From the NCBI GenBank assembly GCA_037445895.1, contig JBBIJO010000004.1, forward strand, positions 79,839 through 143,838: a stretch of DNA of 64,000 nucleotides. The letters are read 5' to 3'. The translations under genes and the position numbers were made by a program. This document shows positions 10,134-19,754 of the stretch, piece after piece. Each line of letters starts with the position of its first letter. The first letter of the stretch is position 1. Source of the DNA: Ignavibacteria bacterium. GTDB lineage: Bacteria > Bacteroidota > Ignavibacteria > Kapaibacteriales > UBA2268. Under the pieces are notes generated by a model that was not told the DNA's origin, made no database searches, and worked only from the letters and a program-made list of their open reading frames with translations.

Positions 10134-10871
10134 TTGCAAATGGAACAAATTATTTACGACGGGTCATATATTGGTTATTTAAATGCGATAGAATCTGCTA
10201 TCGATGAAAATGTTGCCAGCATCACTGCAAGCGGAAAGGAAAATTTATTCCTGACGAATCTCTATATTGAAACTAACAAAGAAAGAGCAATAAAATTCGA
10301 GAACAAAATAAAGGGAATAAACCCTTCTTCGATACAGAAAATAGTAACTCTTTACCTTTCCGAACTCGATGGATTCGAAAATATCGCTTTGGGGTATGTT
10401 AGGAGTCTCTATACCAACGGTGGATTGCTCGACAACCATCTTACCGATACTTATGTTTATCGGGCAAATAAGATTTTCAAAGATGTAATGCACGAAGTTC
10501 ATAGGTTTATGGGGTTTGTTAGATTTTCGGAACTCGAAGATGGCACTATGCTGGCAAAAATATCTCCGAAATACAACATCTTACCTCTCATAAAAAACCA
10601 TTTTGCCGGTAGGTTAGGGAATTTCCGGTTTATTATTTACGACGAAACGAGGAAGTTAGCCATAGTTAATACAAAGGAGCACTGCCAAATAATTTTTATT
10701 CCTTCGATACAGTTTGAGCTTTCGGAAAATGAAAAAGGAATGCGTTCGCTGTGGAAAAACTTTTTCCAAGCAATAGAAATAAAGGAAAGAAAAAATTTAA
10801 AAATCCAACAGTCGAAAGTTCCTTCGAGGTATCGAAAAAATATGATAGAATTTATCGAATGGAAAAAGTAA
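10134..10871 (+). CDS. DUF4130-like protein (probable DNA metabolism protein, partner of the radical SAM gene)
   Basis: 245 aa; begins 2 nt after the radical SAM stop. Size and adjacency match the known rSAM/DUF4130 pair. Motifs HRFMGFVRF and RYRKNMIEF. Assignment is from memory of the family, not a search. Confidence 0.5.
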   Translation: MQMEQIIYDGSYIGYLNAIESAIDENVASITASGKENLFLTNLYIETNKERAIKFENKIKGINPSSIQKIVTLYLSELDGFENIALGYVRSLYTNGGLLDNHLTDTYVYRANKIFKDVMHEVHRFMGFVRFSELEDGTMLAKISPKYNILPLIKNHFAGRLGNFRFIIYDETRKLAIVNTKEHCQIIFIPSIQFELSENEKGMRSLWKNFFQAIEIKERKNLKIQQSKVPSRYRKNMIEFIEWKK

Positions 10872-11207
10872 AATTCTTCGACATCCTAAAACCCGCATTA
10901 TTTAAAATGTATTTACTTGCTTACACAACTAAACTACATAGTTGGTCTATTTTTATAGTTGGTTAATGAGTGCAATTTTTTATAAAAAAGAATAAAGGAA
11001 TTCAGGACGCTTGCCTAAATACTGCTTGTGTTTGCTATCTGCTTTGTTGGGCAAAAATTTTCGATATACTTCTTGGCAAAATTTACAAATTATCCACACA
11101 TATTTAGAAATCAATGAGTATTAACAAAGATTATCTGTTTATTTAATTATATTTCAATTATTTTTATTAAATTATCGTTATTAAAATTAGAAATTTTGAG
11201 GTGAATT

Positions 11208-14200
11208 ATGATAAAGTTTATTATTGTGTTTCTGATTATTCCCTTCATATTAAAGGGACAAGGGGATGTGGTTGGGCAACCCGATTACGACGACCCAGCC
11301 CGCCGATTCGAAGAATTTACAAAGCAAAGGGCTTTTCCATTCGAAAAAATTCCCGATGGTGCTCGTGTTCGTGCTTTCAAACAAATGGAGGAAATGTTGT
11401 CCTCGAAAAATCAAGCACAATGGACACTTGCCCAACAACCTGAATGGAAAGCTATAGGTCCATTCGATATTGGTGGAAGGATGAAATCCATTGTCGTCCA
11501 CCCTACAAAGAAGGGCTTGGTATTTGCTGCTGGTGCTGCTGGTGGAATCTGGCGTTCAACCAATAATGGTGATTGGTGGGAACCCATCTTCGATTTCGAA
11601 AATGGGATAGCATTTGGTTCAATTGCAATCGACCCCAATAATCCAGATGTAATTTACGCTGGAACTGGCGAGTCTGTCCTCGGCGGCGGCACAATTTATC
11701 TCGGCAATGGTATCTATAAGAGTACCGATGAAGGTAACACTTGGAAGTTGCTTGGTTTGACCGAAGTAGGGGCATTTTCGAAGGTCTATGTCCATCCGAT
11801 GAATTCCAACATCGTTGTTGCAGGCGCCACTATTCGCCAACCGGGTTTTTACAAATCTACTGATGCTGGTAAAAGTTGGCAACGCCTTTTCGACCAAAAT
11901 GTAACCGATGTTTCTATTAACCCCGAGAATCCCGATGAGTATTTAATTGGTGTTAATGCCGAGGGTGTTTACTTTACAACCGATGGAGGTCTTTCGTGGG
12001 TTCCTCGAAATTCTGGTTTCGAAGGTGGAACTGGTAGAGTTTCAGTTCAATTTGCTCCTTCCGATCCCAGCATTGCATACGCCCTGTTGGATATTGCATC
12101 TGCGGGTTATATTTATAGAACGACAAATAAAGGTCAAAGTTGGACATTGGTCTATCGTGGCGATGCCAATTTTTTCAGGGGGCAAGGATTCTACGATAAT
12201 TTTATCCTTGTCCATCCCACAAATCCCAATATTGTGTTGGCGGGCGGTATCGATGTTTTTAGAACTTCGGATGGTAAGAATTGGAATAACGTAACAAATG
12301 GATATAGCGGGGGGAATGTGCACGTCGATCAGCATACTGCTGGATTCGACCCCAAAAATCCCAACATTGTATTTTTAGGGAACGACGGAGGAATCTATCT
12401 TTCAACCGATGCTGGTATCAACTGGACTCGGAAGAATAACAATTTGCAAGTAACACAGTTTTATGGATTTGATATCGACAATACACAGCCAAATATTAAC
12501 TTTGGGGGAACGCAAGACAATGGTACACTTGGCTCGGATAACGACAGTGATTGGTCATTTATCGCCGGAGGCGATGGATTCCGAACTGCTGTCGATTATA
12601 CTTCGCCCAACATAGTGTTTGGTCAATCTACGCCGGGAGGTAGAATAATCCCATTTAAGCTCGACTTAAACACAGGTGCATTTTCATTTCTCGATAAAGG
12701 GATTGATTTCACCGCCGGTGTTTGGGACCCACCCCTAATAATTGACCCACAATTGAATTATATACTTTACCACGGACGGGATAGATTGTATGCTTCCTAC
12801 GATTATGGTGCTAATTGGGAAAGATTGAAAACTCCAACATCGGGCGGGCGATTCACCGCAATTGATGTATCGCCATTGAACTCGGAAGTAATAATGGCTG
12901 GAACAAGTATCGGCGAAGTAATTATCTCGAAAGATGCAGGCGAGAATTGGGAACTCTTGAATGAGAATGGAATCCCAAGCCGATGGGTTACCGATATTGC
13001 TTTTTCGAGTAAATCCGAAGGAACCGCCTTCGTTTCTTTGTCGGGATTCTATACCCCGCATATATTTAAAACTACCGATTATGGTAAAACATGGATAAAT
13101 TTAAGCGAGGGTTTACCCGATATTCCTGTGAACGCTATTGCCATTCATCCACTCGACGAAAACCTTGTCTTTATTGCAACGGACATTGGGGTCTTTGGAA
13201 CATTCGATGGTGGCAAAAATTGGTTTCCTTATGGAAAAGGACTGCCCCGAAGCCCAGCAGTTGATATAAAGTTCTCGAAATACTCATTAACTCAATCTAC
13301 AATTCCACTTCGTGTAGCTACCCACGGAAGGGGTATTTGGGAAGTCCCCGTTTCGATGGAGGTTGTTACAGAACCCGAAATAACCTCCCCCGCCGGTGGT
13401 GAAATATTTGTTAGCACAACCCAGCAGATAATTGCATGGTATGGTTTCGCACCGCCAGTTCGTGTTGAATATTCCATTGATGATGGGATGAACTGGACAA
13501 TAATTGCCGAAAATGTCCAAAGTTCACCTTTGCTGTGGACAGTGCCAAACAGACCTACTGAGTTTGCAAGAGTGAGAATCACCTCGTTGGCTGAACAAAC
13601 ACAAGTTAGAATTTCTTACACATTCACAATCAGCCTAATTTCGAAAGGTTCGATTATTCAGAATGCAGGCGTTAATTTTATCCCCTATGGTATTGCATAC
13701 GATGGGATAGGAGGGTTGTGGACAACAAGCTTTCAATCGAACCAACTTGTTCGACTTAATGCAAACACACTTTCCAAGGAAAAAAGTTTGACACTACCCG
13801 GCGATAGTTTGTTTACCGATCTTGCCTACGACCGCAATAACCATATAATGTATATCCACAAGATGAATAGTACTTCGGGTAATGGGGGTGTTATAATAGT
13901 TATCGATACAACTGGAAAAGTAATAAAACAATTCAATAGCCCTGCAAATGTTTATCCAATTGGATTGGAAATATTGGATGGTAAGCTCATCGTAGGCGAT
14001 AGGGACAAAAAGAACGAATTTGGGCGCCAAGTCCTTATGATTGTTAATCCAGACAATGGTGTTGTTGAAAAGACATATCCCAATCCATATTCGAAAACAT
14101 ACGGACCTCGTGGGCTTGCTTCCGACAAAGATAAATACATTTATCAAATTGGAACTTATTTCCCTTCTGGGGGTTCGTTGGCAGAAGCAGTTGCAATTCG

Positions 14201-14669
14201 AATACCGAAAGAAGATTTATCGATAGAATTGGATAGACTATCTTTACAAACAGCTTCCGGATTAATCAACGCACGAGGAATTGAGTTCGACCCGCGCGAC
14301 AAAAACCTATGGATTAGCGATTACAATGGAAACATCTATAAGATTGCGGGCTTCGACTTGCTGTTGAGTGCCGGAGAGCAACCTACCACCAAAAATACTG
14401 ACAAGGATGTATTTGCCGATGTTTTCCCAAATCCGGCTTCGGAAACTATCAATATTCTTTTAAAAACCGCCGGATACTCCGGACCGATTCAGATTGAATT
14501 GATTGATAATCTTGGGAATATTATTTCGAGTGGATGGAAAGGGGATGTTGGATTCTACAATACGAAATTAGTTTCTTTATCAACTCGTTCGATAACTTCT
14601 GGTATATATTTTGTTAGAATAAAAATGGACCGGAGTTGGGAAACTAAACAAGTTGTAGTTATTAAATAA
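11208..14669 (+). CDS. Secreted BNR/sialidase-like repeat protein (beta-propeller glycosidase-like) with T9SS C-terminal domain
   Basis: Multiple BNR motifs (YKSTDEGNTW, YKSTDAGKSW, FTTDGGLSW, LSTDAGINW, TTDYGKTW). The C-terminus reads FPNPASETINILL...GIYFVRIKMD, a T9SS tail. Shine-Dalgarno GAGGTG upstream. Confidence 0.7.
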   Translation: MIKFIIVFLIIPFILKGQGDVVGQPDYDDPARRFEEFTKQRAFPFEKIPDGARVRAFKQMEEMLSSKNQAQWTLAQQPEWKAIGPFDIGGRMKSIVVHPTKKGLVFAAGAAGGIWRSTNNGDWWEPIFDFENGIAFGSIAIDPNNPDVIYAGTGESVLGGGTIYLGNGIYKSTDEGNTWKLLGLTEVGAFSKVYVHPMNSNIVVAGATIRQPGFYKSTDAGKSWQRLFDQNVTDVSINPENPDEYLIGVNAEGVYFTTDGGLSWVPRNSGFEGGTGRVSVQFAPSDPSIAYALLDIASAGYIYRTTNKGQSWTLVYRGDANFFRGQGFYDNFILVHPTNPNIVLAGGIDVFRTSDGKNWNNVTNGYSGGNVHVDQHTAGFDPKNPNIVFLGNDGGIYLSTDAGINWTRKNNNLQVTQFYGFDIDNTQPNINFGGTQDNGTLGSDNDSDWSFIAGGDGFRTAVDYTSPNIVFGQSTPGGRIIPFKLDLNTGAFSFLDKGIDFTAGVWDPPLIIDPQLNYILYHGRDRLYASYDYGANWERLKTPTSGGRFTAIDVSPLNSEVIMAGTSIGEVIISKDAGENWELLNENGIPSRWVTDIAFSSKSEGTAFVSLSGFYTPHIFKTTDYGKTWINLSEGLPDIPVNAIAIHPLDENLVFIATDIGVFGTFDGGKNWFPYGKGLPRSPAVDIKFSKYSLTQSTIPLRVATHGRGIWEVPVSMEVVTEPEITSPAGGEIFVSTTQQIIAWYGFAPPVRVEYSIDDGMNWTIIAENVQSSPLLWTVPNRPTEFARVRITSLAEQTQVRISYTFTISLISKGSIIQNAGVNFIPYGIAYDGIGGLWTTSFQSNQLVRLNANTLSKEKSLTLPGDSLFTDLAYDRNNHIMYIHKMNSTSGNGGVIIVIDTTGKVIKQFNSPANVYPIGLEILDGKLIVGDRDKKNEFGRQVLMIVNPDNGVVEKTYPNPYSKTYGPRGLASDKDKYIYQIGTYFPSGGSLAEAVAIRIPKEDLSIELDRLSLQTASGLINARGIEFDPRDKNLWISDYNGNIYKIAGFDLLLSAGEQPTTKNTDKDVFADVFPNPASETINILLKTAGYSGPIQIELIDNLGNIISSGWKGDVGFYNTKLVSLSTRSITSGIYFVRIKMDRSWETKQVVVIK

Positions 14670-15452
14670 ATGTTGTTGAAGAGGAAACAGGCGAAAGAAG
14701 AAGAAAGCGGTCGGACGAGTGCCGACCGCTATTTAATAACTTATGCCGATTTGATAACTCTTCTACTGGGACTTTTTGTTATTCTTTACGTAACCTCGCG
14801 AGTTGACGAAGAACGTTATAAAGAGTTCAGCAAAGCCTTTGCAGATTATTTTAAGACAGCCGACCCCCAAAATGTAAACAATACATTCGATATTATCAAA
14901 AGCTCCAAGAAGGGAATTCCAGAACCAGTTATTCCATCGAACGAAAGACGTTCTCTCGAAGAAATTCAAGCAGACGTGAAAACGACTCTTTTGGAATACA
15001 TTCAGAAATCCGCGATAGGCGTCGAAATTCGCGACTCGGATTTGGTAATTACACTTCCGGAAAAACTTCTCTTTAATCCGGGAAGAGCCGAAATCGAACC
15101 TACCGGCGAAGAAATATTAAATAAACTAAGCTTTGCTCTTTGCCGTTTGAGCAAAGACCAAGAAATCAATATTGATGGACACACCGATAGCGACCCGATT
15201 CGGAATTTCCGCTATCCTTCGAATTGGCATCTTTCTGCTGCTCGAGCTGCGAACATAGCATACTTACTTGTAGAAAATGGTGTTTTAGAATATTCTATTG
15301 TTGTTCGCGGGTTCGGAGCATCGCGTCCGATTGCGGACAATTCCTCGCCCGAAGGAAAATCAAAGAACCGACGGGTCGAAATTACCATAACTAATTTGAA
15401 GCAAAATACACCGACGACAAAGGGGTACCAAGCAAATGAACCGAGTAAATAG
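14670..15452 (+). CDS. MotB-like / OmpA-family peptidoglycan-binding membrane protein
   Basis: MotB-type N-terminal TM segment YLITYADLITLLLGLFVILYV. C-terminal OmpA-like domain (NWHLSAARAANIAYLL ... NRRVEITI). The start codon follows the stop of the upstream gene directly. Confidence 0.7.
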   Translation: MLLKRKQAKEEESGRTSADRYLITYADLITLLLGLFVILYVTSRVDEERYKEFSKAFADYFKTADPQNVNNTFDIIKSSKKGIPEPVIPSNERRSLEEIQADVKTTLLEYIQKSAIGVEIRDSDLVITLPEKLLFNPGRAEIEPTGEEILNKLSFALCRLSKDQEINIDGHTDSDPIRNFRYPSNWHLSAARAANIAYLLVENGVLEYSIVVRGFGASRPIADNSSPEGKSKNRRVEITITNLKQNTPTTKGYQANEPSK

Positions 15453-16200
15453 AAAGGCTATTATCATACTTTGTTCGCTTGTCGTTGCACTTAATTCCTT
15501 TTCCCAAACAAAAGCAAGGTTCGAACCCAATCAAATTGTTGAACTTCCGACCGCCGGGTGCTACGAAAAAGGAACTTATGCAATACAGTTTAACAATTTC
15601 GCAAATGGCGGGGTAAGATTCTCGCTCGGCGTCTCTCCTTTCGATAATTTTGTATTGGGGGTTTCTTATGGAGGAACCAATATAATTGGGGCAGGGGATG
15701 CAACGTTCCAAAACCTTCCGGGAGTCGTTATCAAATTCAGATTTTTCGACGAAAAAGCTTCGTTCCCAGCGTTAACAATAGGAGTAAATACACAAGGCTA
15801 CGGACGTTATTCTCGCGAGGCTGAACGTTTCGAAACTTATTCTGTAGGTATTTTTCTGGTAGCAAGCAAGAGTTTTACTAATCCTGTTGGCTTTTTCGAT
15901 ATTCACTTTGGCTTAAACTATTCTCTTGAGCCTAAACCTCGGGATAGGTCGCCAAATTTCTATTTTGGTTTTTCGCAGGAAGCCTTACAGATTATCTCGC
16001 TTAATTTTGAATTTAACGCAACATTGGATGAACGCACCAGTCAGTTCCTTTCCAAAAAGGGAATTATTAATGCTTCTTTGAATTTCCTTCTTACAAAAAA
16101 TATCGCTGTTGGAATAATTTTCAAAGATTTACTAGCGCATTTACAAGGTGGAAAGGGAATCGAAAGGAATTTCTTCCTACAATATGTTAATTATTTTTAA
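15436..16200 (+). CDS. Hypothetical outer-membrane beta-barrel protein
   Basis: Signal peptide; alternating amphipathic strands; C-terminal aromatic residue (...QYVNYF); overlaps the MotB-like gene by 17 nt. Confidence 0.5.
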   Translation: MNRVNRKAIIILCSLVVALNSFSQTKARFEPNQIVELPTAGCYEKGTYAIQFNNFANGGVRFSLGVSPFDNFVLGVSYGGTNIIGAGDATFQNLPGVVIKFRFFDEKASFPALTIGVNTQGYGRYSREAERFETYSVGIFLVASKSFTNPVGFFDIHFGLNYSLEPKPRDRSPNFYFGFSQEALQIISLNFEFNATLDERTSQFLSKKGIINASLNFLLTKNIAVGIIFKDLLAHLQGGKGIERNFFLQYVNYF

Positions 16201-17011
16201 GTGTAGTTTTTGTGCTTTTCGAACGCAAGATAAAATAAACCCCCGCAATAATGAATGGAATGCTAAGTATTTGCCCCATCGACAAAGGCAAATACTTTTC
16301 GAAATCCGCTTGGAAAGCTTTTGTAAATTCGATAAGGAAACGCGCCGAAAAGACCGAAACTAAAAACAGTCCGAAAGGTAATCCTTTATTGAGAAGTTTG
16401 TTGCTGCGATACAGTAAAAATAGGATAACGAAAATTATCAAATAGGAAATAGCTTCGTATAATTGAGAAGGATGCACAGGGGGCGTTTGCCCGACGACCG
16501 CGCCTCTTTCGAAGACATTAAATACAATTGCCCAAGGAACGTCCGTTGGCTTGCCAATAATTTCGTGATTAAAAAAATTCCCTATACGAATAAAAGTCGA
16601 TGCCAATGCAACTGGAATAGTCAATCTATCGAGGAGCCAAAGCAACTCGATATTTTTATGTTTTCGGATGAAGATCCATAAAGCAATAAAAATTCCTATT
16701 GCACCTCCGTGGCTTGCTAAACCGCCGTGCCAAACCTTTAAAATTTCGAGTGGATTGCTTAAATAATACTCTGGTTCGTAGAATAAACAATGCCCAAGCC
16801 GAGCACCTACAACTGTTCCAACAACAATATAAAAAACGAGGCTTTCGAGTGATTTTTGTGGTTTCTTTTCGTGTTTGAAAATATAGACCATAATTTGGTA
16901 ACCAATAATAAAGCCAAGAGCAAACAGAACACCATACCAGCGGATTGCAAAAGAACCAATTCTGATGAGCTCTGGGTTTGCATTCCAATGGAAAAAAACA
17001 GCAGTGTCCAT
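16187..17011 (-). CDS. lgt: Prolipoprotein diacylglyceryl transferase
   Basis: The N-terminus (…PELIRIGSFAIRWYGVLFALGF) and the HGGLASHGGAIG and PSQLYE motifs are characteristic of Lgt. Confidence 0.85.
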   Translation of the reverse strand: MDTAVFFHWNANPELIRIGSFAIRWYGVLFALGFIIGYQIMVYIFKHEKKPQKSLESLVFYIVVGTVVGARLGHCLFYEPEYYLSNPLEILKVWHGGLASHGGAIGIFIALWIFIRKHKNIELLWLLDRLTIPVALASTFIRIGNFFNHEIIGKPTDVPWAIVFNVFERGAVVGQTPPVHPSQLYEAISYLIIFVILFLLYRSNKLLNKGLPFGLFLVSVFSARFLIEFTKAFQADFEKYLPLSMGQILSIPFIIAGVYFILRSKSTKTTLKNN

Positions 17012-17014
17012 AAA

Positions 17015-17908
17015 TTATTTGGATGTTTTTTCGTATTGTGGATTGTAGTCTATAACGTTTGCAGCCCAAAGAAGCTTTTTGCGGAGCAAATCGTAGTAAG
17101 TACTATTAGTGGGTTTAACAAGTTTAACGACATAATCAGATTTTTTGATATGTATCGTCTCATCGTTTTGAATTGGGACGGTGATTCTACCATCGGCAAC
17201 GAAATTCGCTTCCCCCGTAGGCGATTTAACGGACAAATCCAAATCGTTCGATTCAGGAATAACCAAAGGTCTATATGTTAAAGAATGGGGTGAAATCGGA
17301 GTCAAGCAAATTACTTTTGTCGATGGAGAAAGGATTGGCCCACCACAAGATAAAGAATAGGCAGTTGAACCCGTAGGAGTTGTAACAATTAAGCCGTCGG
17401 CGCGGTAATCCCCAATATAATGATCATTGGTATAAGCAGAGACGGTAATCATACGCGAAGAACCTCGCTTTTCGATTACAAAATCATTCAAGGCATAATA
17501 TGTCAAGCCGCGGACGGTTGCTTCGAGAACGCTTCTATCGACCACCCGAAAATTACCTTCGGCGAGATCAATCAATGCTTTGTCGAGTTCAAGAACAGAA
17601 TATTCAGCAAGAAAACCAAGTTTCCCAACATTGACACCCATAATGGGAATGTTGGACTTTAAAAGGAGATTAGCAGCCGAAAGCATAGTTCCGTCGCCGC
17701 CAAAGGAAATAAGAACGTCGATATAACGCTCGAACTCGATTTCTTTGATTTCGTGGAATTTACTCGCGATTTCGGGTTTAATTTTCGAAAGGAAATCTTG
17801 CTTTGCATAACATTCAACATCCATTTTTAGCAATTTTGATGCAGCGAATTCGGCACAATCAATTGCTTCGGGTTTGAACGAGTTCTCGTAAAGTCCAATT
17901 CTTTTCAT
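17015..17908 (-). CDS. nadK: NAD+ kinase
   Basis: GGDGTML motif (ISFGGDGTMLSAA) and NDHYIGDYRADGLIVTTPTGSTAYSLSCGGPI. Confidence 0.9.
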   Translation of the reverse strand: MKRIGLYENSFKPEAIDCAEFAASKLLKMDVECYAKQDFLSKIKPEIASKFHEIKEIEFERYIDVLISFGGDGTMLSAANLLLKSNIPIMGVNVGKLGFLAEYSVLELDKALIDLAEGNFRVVDRSVLEATVRGLTYYALNDFVIEKRGSSRMITVSAYTNDHYIGDYRADGLIVTTPTGSTAYSLSCGGPILSPSTKVICLTPISPHSLTYRPLVIPESNDLDLSVKSPTGEANFVADGRITVPIQNDETIHIKKSDYVVKLVKPTNSTYYDLLRKKLLWAANVIDYNPQYEKTSK

Positions 17909-17949
17909 AGTTGAAATAAATTTACCAACTCAAAATTACGTAAATATTG

Positions 17950-17992
17950 AAAAATAAAAAAGCCTTGCCATCGGGGGGGTGATAGCAAGGCA
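17950..17992 (-). terminator. Rho-independent terminator downstream of tRNA-Gly
   Basis: On the minus strand: GCCTTGC-(16-nt loop)-GCAAGGC followed by TTTTTTATTTTT. Confidence 0.6.
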
Positions 17993-18031
17993 TGCAGCAT
18001 AACGAGGAAGTGACGGCTGGGGAAACCGTCG

Positions 18032-18104
<73 letters not shown>

Positions 18105-18177
18105 TTATCAAAGAAACCCTTCCTATTGGGGCTACAAAATTAATACATTTTTTTGAATTTTCCAAATTTTCCCCAAC

Positions 18178-18804
18178 TTAAAATCTCTTTTCAAAGATCT
18201 CAATGCAAAATTTCTTCACTAAATTGAAATCAATTTCTGTGCCAATTTCCTTCGAAATCGATGTTACCGATTTATCTTTTATCCCGCACGGAATTATATA
18301 ATTAAATTCTTCGAGATTATTACTAACATTCAAAGCAAAGCCATGCGATGTTACCCAGCGAGAACAGTGCATACCGATTGCGCAAATTTTACGATTTCCA
18401 TCTACCCAAACTCCTGTTAATCCTTCGACTCTTTGACCGTTAATGTTGAATTTATAAAGAAGTTCGATTATTGTATCCTCGATTTCCCGAAGAAACCAAT
18501 GCAAATCTTGGCGAAAATTAACCAGATTGAAAATCGGGTAACCAACGAGTTGCTTCGGATTATGAAGAGTTACGTCTCCACCTCTGTCGTTGTAAACAAC
18601 TCGGATGCCTTTTTGTTCCAAAAATTTCGTTGGGAGAAGGATATTATTGCCTCGCCCAGCTCGTCCAACAGTTATCACTGTTGGGTGCTCGCAAACAACG
18701 AAAACATTTCGTTCGGGTTCGTTTTGAAGTTCACCCACAAGTTGGCGCTGTCGCTTCCAAGCCTCCTCGTAATCGATTAAGCCCCAATCTTGAATCTCGA
18801 GCAT
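18178..18804 (-). CDS. lipB: Lipoyl(octanoyl) transferase
   Basis: N-terminus QDWGLIDYEEAWKRQ, HPTVITVGR, and active-site region CAIGMHCSRWVTSHGFALNV. Confidence 0.85.
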   Translation of the reverse strand: MLEIQDWGLIDYEEAWKRQRQLVGELQNEPERNVFVVCEHPTVITVGRAGRGNNILLPTKFLEQKGIRVVYNDRGGDVTLHNPKQLVGYPIFNLVNFRQDLHWFLREIEDTIIELLYKFNINGQRVEGLTGVWVDGNRKICAIGMHCSRWVTSHGFALNVSNNLEEFNYIIPCGIKDKSVTSISKEIGTEIDFNLVKKFCIEIFEKRF

Positions 18805-18809
18805 TGTTG

Positions 18810-19754
18810 TTAAATATCGTAATATATGCTAAAACGATGGAAAATTGCCGACGGGCCTACTTGCGAAACCGCATAGTCAAAATTCAAAATTTCCTTGACT
18901 TTTATTCCCACACCAGCATTGAAGCCCGAAAAGCTTTTGTCCTTTGTTGAACTCGAATACTTTCTAATATTATTATCGTATCCTAAACGCAAATTAACAT
19001 ACTTACCAATATCGAATTCGCCGCCGATTGTAAACTTTAAGAATTTATCGAAAAATTTGTTTGTTTGGTCGGCAAGATTAACAAAGCTAAAGTTCAAAAG
19101 CAACGGCAATCCACGTAACCGATGACTCACCCCAATGCGGATGTCCAAAGGCAACGATTCTCTTGTTCCGGTGAAAGTTGAAAGCTGAGTTCCAACGTTT
19201 AAAATTGAAACTCCAATATTTGTGCGCTTTTCTGGGAGTTCAAACAAAAGCCCAACGTCGATGGCAAAAGCAAACGACGCATACTTTTCGATTGAAGAGG
19301 ATATAAATTTCAAAGTGCCGCCATAATAGAGATTCGTATCTAATTTATTTGCATACGAAATGCCGAAAGCAATATCATTAGCTGTGAAAGTTCCTTTCGA
19401 TTGTCCCAGTTTATCGCTACCATCGAAAGAGCCATAATTTGTGAAAAGTAGTGAACCAGCAAAATTTCCAATATTTTCCCATTTATGGTTAAATGTAACG
19501 GTTCCAGAATTGACATCGAGCACGTGCTTGAAAAAAGTAAAGGAGAAGTTTTTGCTCGTGTTTGTAGCAACACTTGCCGGGTTGAAGAACAAAGCCGATG
19601 GGTCGTCGGTCATCGAAACAAAAGCTCCGCCGAGCCCTGCCGAACGAGCACTCCCAGCATACCGAAGAAAATTGAACGAAGTTTCGGCTCGACAAACAAA
19701 GCCAGGCAAAGCCAATAGAAGCAACAAAAGAACCTTTTTCATTTTAATTACCAT
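18810..19754 (-). CDS. Outer-membrane beta-barrel protein, T9SS-associated PorQ/PorV (FadL-like) type
   Basis: Signal peptide, then SARSAGLGGAFVSMTDDPSALFFNPASVA, which resembles the N-terminal motif of PorV/PorQ-family barrels. 314 aa, alternating beta strands. Confidence 0.45.
   Translation of the reverse strand: MVIKMKKVLLLLLLALPGFVCRAETSFNFLRYAGSARSAGLGGAFVSMTDDPSALFFNPASVATNTSKNFSFTFFKHVLDVNSGTVTFNHKWENIGNFAGSLLFTNYGSFDGSDKLGQSKGTFTANDIAFGISYANKLDTNLYYGGTLKFISSSIEKYASFAFAIDVGLLFELPEKRTNIGVSILNVGTQLSTFTGTRESLPLDIRIGVSHRLRGLPLLLNFSFVNLADQTNKFFDKFLKFTIGGEFDIGKYVNLRLGYDNNIRKYSSSTKDKSFSGFNAGVGIKVKEILNFDYAVSQVGPSAIFHRFSIYYDI

Noticed and set aside
11201-11443. 80-aa ORF starting 7 nt before the BNR protein gene in another frame
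   Set aside because: The overlapping 1153-aa ORF has a signal peptide and a Shine-Dalgarno sequence; the short ORF is Cys/Arg-rich with no features.
14670-15452. MotB-like protein as ZorB of a Zorya anti-phage system
   Set aside because: No ZorA-like (long MotA homolog) or ZorC/ZorD genes are adjacent. The MotB/OmpA domain alone is insufficient.
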